Of a stretch of DNA of 57,855 nt, positions 34,540 through 43,225 are shown one piece after another; positions within the stretch are counted from its first letter, which is position 1, and the number at the start of each line of letters is the position of its first letter. Source of the DNA: Thermoplasmata archaeon (lineage in GTDB: Archaea; Thermoplasmatota; Thermoplasmata; Lutacidiplasmatales; UBA184); contig JASHSX010000082.1 in assembly GCA_030040865.1 (NCBI GenBank), positions 1-57,855 of the forward strand, given 5' to 3'. The notes below the pieces were generated by a model. The model saw only the letters and a program-made list of their open reading frames with translations, ran no database searches and was not told where the DNA came from. The position numbers were made by a program, and so were the translations under genes.

Positions 34540-35364
34540 CTACCGGCGCAGGCCGTACGGCGGAGCGCTCTTCGACCGAGGACCGATGTCGCTCGTCGGG
34601 TGCCGGCCCACCACCGTTCCCTCGAGCATCGTGACGTGGCAGTCGCGGCCGAGGACGAGCGCGGGCGAACGGACGAACTCGACGTCGACCCCCTCGAGCG
34701 ACACGGTGTCGGCCTCCACCCGGTCGACGGTGACCGAGACGGCCCGCTGGAGCACCTTCTCGACGAGGTTCGGCACCTTCCCGCGGAGCACCACCGAACG
34801 GGCGCGGACCGCGCCCAGCCGGGAGTCCCGGTCCAGGACCGCATCGAGCGACTGGGCCGTGATCTCGCCGGGGACGTCGACCGCGCCCTCGAGCGTCACG
34901 GCGTTCCCCTGCACCGAAGCCGCGACGAGGAGACCGCGCGCCGCGAGCCTCCGGTCGACCGTGAGCCGCCCCCCGACCTTCACGGTGCCCCGGAACGTGC
35001 CCTCGACCGCGTGCATCGCTCCGATGGTGCGCAACGAGCCATCGACCTTGACGACCCCGTCGATCTCGATCCGTCCCCCGACCTCGAGCGATCCGTTCGT
35101 CGTCAGGGAGTCGGCAGTGAGATCCCCGCCGACCGTCACGGTCCCGTCGAGCCGCACGACCCCGGCGTCGGCCTCCTTCTCGATCTTCACGGCCCCTCGG
35201 GCCCGCCACGCCGCGGCGTGCACCGAGTCGTGCCGGACCACGCCCCGGTCGTCGAGCTTTCCCGTCCTCGGGACCGGCGAGGCCGACGGCCGGGTCGGAG
35301 GGATCGGGCCGGCCGGCGTACCGGCAACGACCGGCGAGCGGGCGGGGGACGCGGCCTCGGACAT
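34540..35364 (-). CDS. bactofilin-like (polymer-forming cytoskeletal, CcmA-type) beta-helix protein
   Basis: ATG 35364, internal to track ORF 34540-35526. A Pro/Ala-rich N-terminus is followed by repetitive V/G beta-helix turns (VRLDGTVTVGGDLTADSL, LEVGGRIEIDGVVKVDGSL, FRGTVKVGGRLTVD, GNAVTLEGAVDVPGEI). Confidence 0.55.
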   Translation of the reverse strand: MSEAASPARSPVVAGTPAGPIPPTRPSASPVPRTGKLDDRGVVRHDSVHAAAWRARGAVKIEKEADAGVVRLDGTVTVGGDLTADSLTTNGSLEVGGRIEIDGVVKVDGSLRTIGAMHAVEGTFRGTVKVGGRLTVDRRLAARGLLVAASVQGNAVTLEGAVDVPGEITAQSLDAVLDRDSRLGAVRARSVVLRGKVPNLVEKVLQRAVSVTVDRVEADTVSLEGVDVEFVRSPALVLGRDCHVTMLEGTVVGRHPTSDIGPRSKSAPPYGLRR

Positions 35365-35374
35365 CGGCAGACCC

Positions 35375-35812
35375 TCAGCGCTCCCGCGCGAGCGGTGGAA
35401 GCTTAAGACGGCGGTGCTGCGCCATCGTGCAGAGATCCTCGAAGACCGTGAGGCCCGCGTCCCGGGCCGCGCGCGCCGCGGCCGCATTCCGGACGCCGAG
35501 CTGCATCCAGACGGTCGCCACCCCACCGCGCCGGATCGCCGCCTCCACGACCGGCGGCACCTCCTCGCTCCGGCGGAAGATGTCGACGAGGTCGATCCGG
35601 ACCTCGGGCGGTATCGCGGCGAGGTCCGGGTACGCCCGCTCCCCGAGGACCTGGGTAAGCTTCGGATTCACCGGCACGATCCGGTACCCTTGGGCCTGGA
35701 GGTAGCCGCCCACCGTGTGGGAGTCTCGCTCCGGCTTGTCCGAGAGACCCACGATCGCGATCGTTCGGGCGGTGGCGAGCGCCCTGCGGATCTCCTCGTC
35801 CGTCGGGGGCAC
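35375..35812 (-). CDS. CoA-binding domain protein (YccU-like)
   Basis: ATG 35812. IAIVGLSDKPERDSHTVGGYLQAQGYRIVPVNP is typical of this family. Confidence 0.75.
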   Translation of the reverse strand: MPPTDEEIRRALATARTIAIVGLSDKPERDSHTVGGYLQAQGYRIVPVNPKLTQVLGERAYPDLAAIPPEVRIDLVDIFRRSEEVPPVVEAAIRRGGVATVWMQLGVRNAAAARAARDAGLTVFEDLCTMAQHRRLKLPPLARER

Positions 35813-35892
35813 GGGACGCGCGACGCGGGCCGCTTACATGATGCTGGCGGGGAGCCGGGGCGGCGCCGGACCCCCGTGGCGGTCGCGAGCGA

Positions 35893-36810
35893 CTACGCCG
35901 GCGGGGGGGCCGGGCCCGAGCCGTTCCGGAGCCAGGCGACCAGGGCGATCACGCCGCCGGCGAGGATCACAAGGTAGCGGGCGAGCAGCCCCCACTCCTC
36001 GTTGATGAGCGTCAGGTACGCCGACGCGTCGTATTCGCCGTGCAGGAGCGCCGGCACGACCAGGTTGCCGCCCGAATATCGGTAGGTGGCCGCGAACGCG
36101 AAGCCGAGCAGGAAGAGGCCCGGGAAGATGAGCGGGGCCGCCGGACCGTAGGTGAAGCCGTAGTAGAGGTGCACGCCCGCGAAGACGACGCTCGTCCATG
36201 TGGCCGGGAGCACCCATCCACCCCCGACGTCGCGCCAGTACCCGAAGATCCAGCCGCGGAAGATCGTCTCCTCGAACGCTCCGACGAGGAACGAGAGCGC
36301 GACGTAGAACCAGGGGTTCGAGGCGGCCTGGGTGATCGCGGGGTTCGGCCGGGTGAGGTACGTGAGGGCCGCCGGGTCCGCGAACTCGTAGATGACGGTC
36401 AGGATCAGGATCACGAGCAGCGACAGCAGCGAGAAGAGTCCGTACCAGCGCAGGGCCTCCCAGCCCGCGGTCCCGAGGTGTCGGCCCCAGTCCCGGAGCG
36501 GCGCGGCTCCGACCAGGAGGGCGAACGAGATCACCGGGATCCCGTAGACGACGAACAGGTCGCCCGGCAGGTTCCCGTACAGCACGAGCGACGCGGGGAC
36601 GAGCTGCGGCACGAAGTACTGGCTCACGACGGCGAGGACCGTGATGGCCACTCCCGCCCAGTACCGCGACCGGGGGGCGGCGACCCGGGGTCGGGTCGTC
36701 GGCAGGAAGCCCGGCGGCCACATCGCCGACCCGGGCGGGGGAGCGGGGGCGGAGGACGTGGGACCGGGCGGCGCCGGCCCGGCCACCTCGGGCGGGACGG
36801 CGATGGCCAT
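35893..36810 (-). CDS. CPBP family intramembrane glutamic endopeptidase (CAAX protease-like)
   Basis: ATG 36810 abuts the pcc1 stop. Motifs FEETIFRGW and FAGVHLYYG, plus a later HGEYD, within a polytopic membrane protein. Confidence 0.75.
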   Translation of the reverse strand: MAIAVPPEVAGPAPPGPTSSAPAPPPGSAMWPPGFLPTTRPRVAAPRSRYWAGVAITVLAVVSQYFVPQLVPASLVLYGNLPGDLFVVYGIPVISFALLVGAAPLRDWGRHLGTAGWEALRWYGLFSLLSLLVILILTVIYEFADPAALTYLTRPNPAITQAASNPWFYVALSFLVGAFEETIFRGWIFGYWRDVGGGWVLPATWTSVVFAGVHLYYGFTYGPAAPLIFPGLFLLGFAFAATYRYSGGNLVVPALLHGEYDASAYLTLINEEWGLLARYLVILAGGVIALVAWLRNGSGPAPPPA

Positions 36811-37029
36811 CTACGCGCCCGGGTCCGCCCGCTCGGCGGCCTGGAGGCAGGCAAGGAGATCGTCCAAGGTCGCGCGGGCACTCGCCGCGGACCGGGCGGC
36901 GAGGTGGACCGTGAGCCCGGAGCCCGCGACGTCGACGCGCACGAACGGAGGGTTATCGGCGGAGACCGCCGCGGCGATGCGCCGGGCGACCGCCGCCGAG
37001 GGGTACGTCCGCGAGACCTCCACGGTCAC
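36811..37029 (-). CDS. pcc1: KEOPS complex subunit Pcc1-like protein
   Basis: This 72-codon ORF starts at GTG 37029, overlapping the DUF1028 stop (GTGA at 37026-37029). The pattern PSAAVARRIAAAVSADN...VRVDVAGSGLTVHLAARSAASARATLDDLLACLQAAE mirrors archaeal Pcc1 as I recall it (PSEDVAKVVYEAV...IDFKLEGKKIILDIKATDSSALRGTVNSYLRWIKAA). It is hidden in the tail of track ORF 36811-37971. Confidence 0.6.
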   Translation of the reverse strand: MTVEVSRTYPSAAVARRIAAAVSADNPPFVRVDVAGSGLTVHLAARSAASARATLDDLLACLQAAERADPGA

Positions 37030-38030
37030 TTCGACGGACCCTTCGTCCCCTTCGGCGGCGGGGATCCTCCACCTCCCGCCGAGGGCGACGCGCCGGGGCC
37101 GCGATCGAGCGCCCCCGGCACGATCGGCGCCGTGGTCGTACGGCGGGCCGATTCGGCCGCCGCGCGTTCCCTCAGATAGCCGACGATCGACGGCCACACC
37201 CGGTCGTCGTCGCGGGCCTTGTTCTCGAAGTTGTGCTCGTTCAGGAACTTCGTGAACGCCGTCCGGCTGGCGGCGTCCCACCGCCCGGTCGAGCGCCCGG
37301 AGTAGTAGCCCAGGACGCTCAGGTCGTGCTGGAGCACGACCGCGAGCTCCCCGTCGATCGCCCGGAGCGTCACCGGGTCCTCGCGCTCGAGCATCGTGAG
37401 GTCGTAGAGCCGGAAGACCCGCTTCAGCTCCTCGATGGGGGACGGGTGGTCGTCGACCCGTACGTCGATCCACCGGTCGTTCCGCTGCCCGTAGCCGCCG
37501 GCGTTCCGGACGACGAACAGGGCCGCCGCCTGCATGCCGCGACGGTCGCCGCCCTCGCGCTGCCCGGCCGCGAGGGACGCCAGGAGCCGGTCGACGAGGT
37601 CGCCGGGCGTCGATTCGTACGTACGGGCCATCGCCTGCACCACGGCCGGCCCGAAGAGGATGTTCCCCTGGCACGTGTAGCCGTCGCCGACCTTCTGCCC
37701 GGCCCAGTCCATGCACTTCGTCCCGGTGAAGGCGGCGGCCCGCCCTTCGCGGTCCACGACGCCGAGCTGCCGCTCGTCGCGGCCAGGGTCCGCGTCGGTG
37801 AGCTCCTTCACGACCGCTTCGGCGCTCTTCCCGCGCTTCAGCAGCGCGAGCCCCTCCGGACCGTAGGCCGTGTTGGCGGCCGCCTGGGTCGCGATCGCTC
37901 CGACGCCGGCTTCCGCGAACGGAACGACCGCGCCCACGGCGATGAACTTCGACTGGACCGCGATCCCCCACGTCCCGGCGTCGACGTCGGCGGCCACGAT
38001 CGAGAACGTCCCGAACCGCGGCGGGGCCAT
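37026..38030 (-). CDS. DUF1028 (Ntn-hydrolase fold) protein with C-terminal PG-binding-like domain
   Basis: ATG 38030 with TTAAA about 28 nt upstream. N-terminal GTFSIVAAD. The C-terminal VLQHDLSVLGYYSGRSTGRWDAASRTAFTKF resembles the putative peptidoglycan-binding module commonly fused to DUF1028. Confidence 0.65.
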   Translation of the reverse strand: MAPPRFGTFSIVAADVDAGTWGIAVQSKFIAVGAVVPFAEAGVGAIATQAAANTAYGPEGLALLKRGKSAEAVVKELTDADPGRDERQLGVVDREGRAAAFTGTKCMDWAGQKVGDGYTCQGNILFGPAVVQAMARTYESTPGDLVDRLLASLAAGQREGGDRRGMQAAALFVVRNAGGYGQRNDRWIDVRVDDHPSPIEELKRVFRLYDLTMLEREDPVTLRAIDGELAVVLQHDLSVLGYYSGRSTGRWDAASRTAFTKFLNEHNFENKARDDDRVWPSIVGYLRERAAAESARRTTTAPIVPGALDRGPGASPSAGGGGSPPPKGTKGPSK

Positions 38031-38055
38031 CGGCCGCGGGACGACGGCGCGGTCC

Positions 38056-38060
38056 TTAAA
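38056..38060 (-). promoter_or_regulatory. TATA-like box for the DUF1028-pcc1-CPBP unit
   Basis: CCTTAAAGG core is centred 28 nt upstream of ATG 38030. Confidence 0.4.
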
Positions 38061-38077
38061 GGGGGCGGCCGCGCCCG

Positions 38078-38410
38078 TCAGCGGGGCGCGTCGCCTCCCG
38101 ACCGGGCGTCGAGCTCGGCGAGGAGGCGGTCGAGCTCCCGGGAGGCCACGGCACGATCCCCGCCGGCGGCGCGGACCCCGATCTCGCGCAGGACGGCGAC
38201 CTCACGGTCGACGTTCCGGCCGTGCGCACGCAGCACGGCCAGCAGACGGGCCGCGGTCCGGAGCCGGTTCGCGAGGAGGTCCTCCTCGGGCGACGGCGTC
38301 GCGTCGTCCGGTCCGGACGGGACGTAGCTCGTCAGTCCCCGGGGCCACTCGGTGACCTCGCCCTCGCCGCGACGGACCCGGCGGCGGCTCCGGCGGGGCG
38401 TTTCGGGCAC
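38078..38410 (-). CDS. hypothetical protein (Arg-rich N-terminus, helical C-terminus)
   Basis: GTG 38410, 7 nt after the upstream stop. No motif recognised. Confidence 0.5.
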   Translation of the reverse strand: MPETPRRSRRRVRRGEGEVTEWPRGLTSYVPSGPDDATPSPEEDLLANRLRTAARLLAVLRAHGRNVDREVAVLREIGVRAAGGDRAVASRELDRLLAELDARSGGDAPR

Positions 38411-38417
38411 GGGCCGA

Positions 38418-39053
38418 CTACGCTTCCGACGGTTCGGGCTCGGCGCGCGCGGGGGCGCTCCGCGCCTTGGTCGCGGTCGGTCGGGGGCAGCGGCTCCGGA
38501 TCCCGTCCCAGACCGCCTCGATGCGCTCGTAGAAGCCCGGCACGACCCCCTCCGTCGCGAGGACCGTCTTCGCCTGTTCGAGGGGGGAAACGAGGTCGGT
38601 GACGTCGAGCCCGTGGGCGCCCGCCCACGCGAGGCTCGCCGTCGCGAGCGACACCTGGTCGTCCGCCTCGCGGCGTGCGCGCTTCGCCTCCCGGTCGGCC
38701 GGAGCGAGCGCGTGGTCCGGGTTCCACGCCGGCGGCATCGGTGCCGGGATCGGAACGCGGAGGAGCCGGAACGGCTCGGGGAGCGTCGGCCACCGGGGCT
38801 CGGCGAACCGGACGGAGAGCAGCTCGAGGGCGTTCGTCGCGCCGTCGAAGTCCCCGGCGTCGAACGCGGTCTCGGCGCGGTCGAACGGCGTCACGAGCTC
38901 GGGGCTGGGCGAGCCCTTCCAGAGGTCGAGCAGGAGGGCGACCCGCGACGGGCCAAGTCGGGCCAGCGACCGGTACCGGGGGGTCACGGGGACGGGCGCG
39001 GGTGGCGCCGGCGCGGCGGCGGTCTCGGGCGGACGGTTCGGTGCTCCGGGCAT
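38418..39053 (-). CDS. hypothetical protein (Pro/Ala-rich N-terminus)
   Basis: ATG 39053, 15 nt after the GGR stop. No motif recognised. Confidence 0.55.
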   Translation of the reverse strand: MPGAPNRPPETAAAPAPPAPVPVTPRYRSLARLGPSRVALLLDLWKGSPSPELVTPFDRAETAFDAGDFDGATNALELLSVRFAEPRWPTLPEPFRLLRVPIPAPMPPAWNPDHALAPADREAKRARREADDQVSLATASLAWAGAHGLDVTDLVSPLEQAKTVLATEGVVPGFYERIEAVWDGIRSRCPRPTATKARSAPARAEPEPSEA

Positions 39054-39068
39054 CTTCGGCCCCGAGGG

Positions 39069-40259
39069 TTACAGGAACGCCTCGAACTCCTTCGTCACTT
39101 CGGGGTACTTGTCGCGGACCGCCTTCAGGATGTTGTGGACGTTGAGCTTCTCCAGGTGGACCCCCTGGAGGGCGTCCACGATCTTGTCGAACGTCTCGTC
39201 GGAGAGGGTGGTCAACTTCTCCTTCGCGAGCCAGTTGCGGTACAGCTTCTCCTCGAGGCGGGCGCGCCAGCCCTTCTCGTACTGCTGGAGGAACTCCTTC
39301 GAGGGGTCCCCCGCGTGGACCGCCTTCGCGGCCACCGTCCCGCAGATCTTCCCGGCGATGCACCCGTTCGCGATCCCTCCGCCGGTGAGCGGGTCGATCA
39401 TCCGGGCCGCATCGCCGACGATCATGAAGCCGTCGGTCACGGTCTGCTTGAGCGGTGGCGAGATCGAGACCCCCCCGCCGACCATGTCGATCTTCTTGCC
39501 CTTCGCGTAGGCCGGGTGCTTGTCGATCCAGGCGTCCAGGTACTTGCGCGCCTCGGCCATCGTCTTGATCTGGCTCACCTGGACGCCGATCCCGACGTTC
39601 GCGAGACCCTCGTCCTTCGGGAAGATCCAGACGTAACCGCCCGGGGCGACCTTGCCCAGATAGAAGTCGCAGTAGCGGGTGTCGCAGTCGACGCCGGTCA
39701 TGCGGTACTGGAGGCACGTGTCCATGTCCCGCATCTGGATGTTCGTGGGCAAGCCGGCCCACCGACCGACCTGGCTCTCGAAACCGTCCGCGCCGATGGT
39801 GACCGAGGCGCGGATCTCGAACGGCTCGCCGAACGCCTTCGCCGTGACGCCGACGATGCGGCCCTTCTCCTTCAGCACGGAGGTCGCGGCCGTCTTGAGC
39901 ATCACGTCGACGCCGGCGTTCGCGGCGTCGATGGCGAGCGCCTTGTCGAAGCCGTCCCGCTCGACCACGTAGCCGACCTCGTTGCCCGCGTGCTTCTCGT
40001 TGATCTCGAAGATCTTCTCGCTCGGGGAGAAGATGCGGGCCCCCTCGACCTCGACGTTGATCCACTTGCCCGGCTTGATGCCGACGTCGGTGAGCCACTC
40101 CTTGCTCATCCCCTCGCCGCACCGGACGGGGCTGCCGACCTCCTGGCGCTTCTCGATCATCACGACCTTCGCGCCCTCCTTCGCCGCCCACTTCGCCGTC
40201 ATGCTGCCGGCCGGGCCGGCGCCGATCACGAGCACGTCGGTCCGAAGATCCTGCACCAC
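39069..40259 (-). CDS. geranylgeranyl reductase family (digeranylgeranylglycerophospholipid reductase)
   Basis: GTG 40259. FAD motif VLVIGAGPAGSMTA, VRCGEG, and a C-terminal region typical of archaeal GGR. Confidence 0.85.
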   Translation of the reverse strand: MVQDLRTDVLVIGAGPAGSMTAKWAAKEGAKVVMIEKRQEVGSPVRCGEGMSKEWLTDVGIKPGKWINVEVEGARIFSPSEKIFEINEKHAGNEVGYVVERDGFDKALAIDAANAGVDVMLKTAATSVLKEKGRIVGVTAKAFGEPFEIRASVTIGADGFESQVGRWAGLPTNIQMRDMDTCLQYRMTGVDCDTRYCDFYLGKVAPGGYVWIFPKDEGLANVGIGVQVSQIKTMAEARKYLDAWIDKHPAYAKGKKIDMVGGGVSISPPLKQTVTDGFMIVGDAARMIDPLTGGGIANGCIAGKICGTVAAKAVHAGDPSKEFLQQYEKGWRARLEEKLYRNWLAKEKLTTLSDETFDKIVDALQGVHLEKLNVHNILKAVRDKYPEVTKEFEAFL

Positions 40260-40282
40260 GGCCTACGCTCCCGGTTGGAGAC

Positions 40283-40474
40283 CTACCCGATCTCGATCGC
40301 TCCGACGGGGCACGCCTTCACGCAGATCTCGCAGCGGGTGCAGATCTTCTCGTCGAAGGTGATCCGCGTCTCGTCCAAGTAGATGCAGTTGAGCGGGCAG
40401 ATGCCGACGCACGCCCCGCAGTAGATGCAGAGCTGCCCCGACGACTCGATGTGGAGCCGCTTCTTGTCGGGCAT
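40283..40474 (-). CDS. 2x[4Fe-4S] ferredoxin
   Basis: This 63-codon ORF from ATG 40474 has two cluster motifs, CIYCGACVGICP and CTRCEICVKACP. It is the tail of track ORF 40283-41143. Confidence 0.8.
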   Translation of the reverse strand: MPDKKRLHIESSGQLCIYCGACVGICPLNCIYLDETRITFDEKICTRCEICVKACPVGAIEIG

Positions 40475-40515
40475 CCGGTCGTCCTCCGCAGCAGCGGTCC
40501 GTGCGCTATTAAAGG

Positions 40516-41502
40516 CTAGCCCGGACGAGGGGCGACGGCGGGAGGAGCGGCGGTCTCGGCGGTCCGGTCGGCACGCTCCGCGAGCCACCGCTCGGCGTCG
40601 ATCGCGGCCATGCATCCCGACCCGGCGGCCGTCACGGCCTGGCGGTAGCGGTGGTCGGCCGCGTCGCCGGCGACGAAGACCCCCTCGACGCTGGTCCGCG
40701 AGCCGTCGTGGACCTCGACGTACCCCTGCGGGTCGAGGTCGAGCGCCCCGCGGAAGACGTGCGTCGCCGGTTCGTGCCCGATGGCGATGAACAGTCCGCC
40801 GACCGCGAGGTCCCGGGTCGCACCGGTCCCGACGTCGCGGAGGCGGACGCCCTCCACTCGGTCGGTCCCCAGCACTTCGGTCACCTCCGTGTCGAGCAAG
40901 AAGGAGATCTTCGGGTGGCGGCGCGCCCGCTCCTGCATGATCCAGCTCGCGCGCAGGTGGCGACGACGGTGGACCACCGTCACGCGGGTGGCGAAGTTCG
41001 TGAGGAACAGCGCCTCTTCCATCGCCGTGTCGCCGCCGCCGACGACCGCGAGCTCCTTGCCCTTGAAGAAGAACCCGTCGCAGGTGGCGCACGCCGAGAT
41101 CCCGTGGCCCTTCAGTCGGTCCTCGGAGGGGAGCCCGAGCCACCGCGCGTTCGCCCCGGTCGCCACGATGACGGCGTCGGCGTGGAACGTGCCGTGGGTC
41201 CCCGTCCGGAGCACGAACGGGTGCTTGCGGAAGTCGACGTGCGTCACGTTGTCGTCGACGAACTCGGCCCCGAAACGGGCGGCCTGGCGACGCATCCGTT
41301 CGACCAGCTCCGGCCCCTGGATCGCCTCGACGAACCCCGGGTAGTTCTCGACGTCCGTCGTGATGAGGAGCTGGCCGCCGGCCGGCACGCCCGCCACGAC
41401 GACGGGAGCAAGTTCGCCGCGAGCGGCGTACAGGGCCGCCGTGAGGCCCGCGGGTCCGCTGCCGACGATCACGACCTTCACGGTCCTCGCCGGGTCGGCC
41501 AT
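40516..41502 (-). CDS. trxB: thioredoxin-disulfide reductase
   Basis: ATG 41502 with TTAAA about 26 nt upstream. GSGPAG, redox-active CATC, and GGGDTAMEEA. Confidence 0.85.
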   Translation of the reverse strand: MADPARTVKVVIVGSGPAGLTAALYAARGELAPVVVAGVPAGGQLLITTDVENYPGFVEAIQGPELVERMRRQAARFGAEFVDDNVTHVDFRKHPFVLRTGTHGTFHADAVIVATGANARWLGLPSEDRLKGHGISACATCDGFFFKGKELAVVGGGDTAMEEALFLTNFATRVTVVHRRRHLRASWIMQERARRHPKISFLLDTEVTEVLGTDRVEGVRLRDVGTGATRDLAVGGLFIAIGHEPATHVFRGALDLDPQGYVEVHDGSRTSVEGVFVAGDAADHRYRQAVTAAGSGCMAAIDAERWLAERADRTAETAAPPAVAPRPG

Positions 41503-41525
41503 CGCCGTGCTAGGGGGTGGGGGGG

Positions 41526-41530
41526 TTAAA
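41526..41530 (-). promoter_or_regulatory. TATA-like box for trxB
   Basis: GTTAAAG core is centred 26 nt upstream of ATG 41502. Confidence 0.45.
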
Positions 41531-41557
41531 GCGCCGCCCCATCGCGTGGCCGGCGCG

Positions 41558-42091
41558 TTAGCGAGGGGGCGCCGGGGGGAGCTTCAGCCGGCCGCCTCCC
41601 TCCGAGGTCGCGTAACCGGCCCGGTAGAACAGCAGCGGCTCCGCATCGCGACCGACCTCCTCCCGGACCACCTCCGCCACGATGAGCACGTGATCCCGCC
41701 GGGGCAGCCAGTCGACGACCCGGCACTCCAGGTTCCCGAGCGTCCCGTCCAGGAGGGCAGCGCCGGTCGCGCCGCGGTGGACCGGCAGACCCTGGAACTT
41801 CTCGGCCGGCGGGATCGTGCGCGCGAACCGCTCGCTCACGGCCCGCTGGTCGGCGGCGAGAAGGTTCACCGCGAACGTCCGGCTCCGCTCGAGCAGTGGG
41901 GTCGTATCCGCAACGAGCGTGAGGCTTACGAGGACCGTCGGGGGCTCGAGCGCTACGGACAGGAAGGCGTTGACCGTGAGCCCGGCGTCGACCTCGGCGT
42001 CCCGTGTCGTGACGACCGTGACGCCGGTCGCCCAGCGGGCCATGAGGCGCCTAAACTCCGCAGGATCGACCGGGGGCGTCCGGGCCGGCAC
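41558..42091 (-). CDS. flavin reductase-like FMN-binding domain protein
   Basis: GTG 42091, 3 nt after the permease stop. FRRLMARWATGVTVVTT...GLTVNAF pattern of the flavin reductase family. Confidence 0.7.
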   Translation of the reverse strand: MPARTPPVDPAEFRRLMARWATGVTVVTTRDAEVDAGLTVNAFLSVALEPPTVLVSLTLVADTTPLLERSRTFAVNLLAADQRAVSERFARTIPPAEKFQGLPVHRGATGAALLDGTLGNLECRVVDWLPRRDHVLIVAEVVREEVGRDAEPLLFYRAGYATSEGGGRLKLPPAPPR

Positions 42092-42094
42092 GGA

Positions 42095-43225
42095 TCACTC
42101 GTCCCGCCACTTGAACAGGCGTACGGAGAGGAGGAAGAAGACCACGGCGATCGCGAGGACGACGACGACGTCCGTGAGCGCCCGGGACGTGTTCGAGAAG
42201 AGCATGACCTGGTTCATCCCGTCGATCACGTAGTAGAGCGGGAGGACGTGGGCGAACGACTGGAGCCCCGACGGGAACGACGAGACCGGGAAGAAGGTGC
42301 CGGAGAGGAACATCATCGGGAAGGTGATGATGTTCCCGATGAGCGCCGCGCTCTCGGGCGTCTTCGCGACGCACCCCGCGAGCATCCCGAGGGAGACGAA
42401 CAGGAACGGTCCCACGACGAGGAACGGGATCAGCTGGGCGGTCACCAGGACGTGCGCGTTGAACAGGTAGGCGCCCGCGCCGATCATGATCCCCGCGGTG
42501 ACGAACGTGAGGAGCACGTACCAGAGGATCCGGCTCGTGAGCCACTCGGCGCGGGTGAGCGGCGTGAGCGACAGCTGGCGGAAGATCCCCTCCTTGCGGT
42601 ACGAGGAGGTGATGTCGACCATCGAGAACATCGGGCTCGTCAGGATCGAGAAGCCGATGAGCCCCGGGATCAGGTAGTCGATGTACGTGTAGACCGCGCT
42701 CCCCACGTTCGCGCCGGTGATCCCGATCACCGCGGAGCAGTTCTTCGAGCTGCACGCGGCGCGGAGGTTGAACGCGTTCGCCACGCCCGCGACCACCGCC
42801 TGGGCCTGGCCGGACGAGGCGGCGTCCTGCGGATCCGTGTACAGCGTCAGGTTCGTCGCGGTATGGTTGGTAAAGTTCGACTGGAAGCCGCTCGGCACCA
42901 CGAGACCGACGGGGTAGTCGTTCTGGCCGAGCCAGGCCGCGAAGTCCGACGGGGCGACGCTCACCACCTGGACCTTCACGAGCGTCGTGTTGTTGAGCGC
43001 CGAGAGGAACGCGACGCTCTCTTCGGAGTAGCCCACCCCGCCGGGACCGTGGTCCTCGTTGAGGACCGGGACGGTGACGACCGTCGTGCCCGTCGCGGAG
43101 AAGATGAGGCCGAACAGCGCGATGAGGATGATCGGGAAGATGAGCGAGAAGAACAGGGCGACCGGGTTACGGAAGTAGGAGCGGGCGACGATCCGGAAGT
43201 CGGCTCCGATGTGGCGAGGATTCAC
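42095..43225 (-). CDS. ABC-2 type transporter permease with large extracytoplasmic loop
   Basis: GTG 43225 overlaps the ATPase stop (GTGA). One N-terminal TM segment, a loop of about 150 aa, then five TM segments. Confidence 0.75.
   Translation of the reverse strand: MNPRHIGADFRIVARSYFRNPVALFFSLIFPIILIALFGLIFSATGTTVVTVPVLNEDHGPGGVGYSEESVAFLSALNNTTLVKVQVVSVAPSDFAAWLGQNDYPVGLVVPSGFQSNFTNHTATNLTLYTDPQDAASSGQAQAVVAGVANAFNLRAACSSKNCSAVIGITGANVGSAVYTYIDYLIPGLIGFSILTSPMFSMVDITSSYRKEGIFRQLSLTPLTRAEWLTSRILWYVLLTFVTAGIMIGAGAYLFNAHVLVTAQLIPFLVVGPFLFVSLGMLAGCVAKTPESAALIGNIITFPMMFLSGTFFPVSSFPSGLQSFAHVLPLYYVIDGMNQVMLFSNTSRALTDVVVVLAIAVVFFLLSVRLFKWRDE

Noticed and set aside
36811-37971. The 386-aa track ORF overlapping DUF1028, and likewise the 286-aa ORF 40283-41143 overlapping trxB.
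   Set aside because: Only the last 72 codons (Pcc1-like) and the last 63 codons (ferredoxin) look like real proteins. The upstream parts are shadow frames of DUF1028 and trxB.
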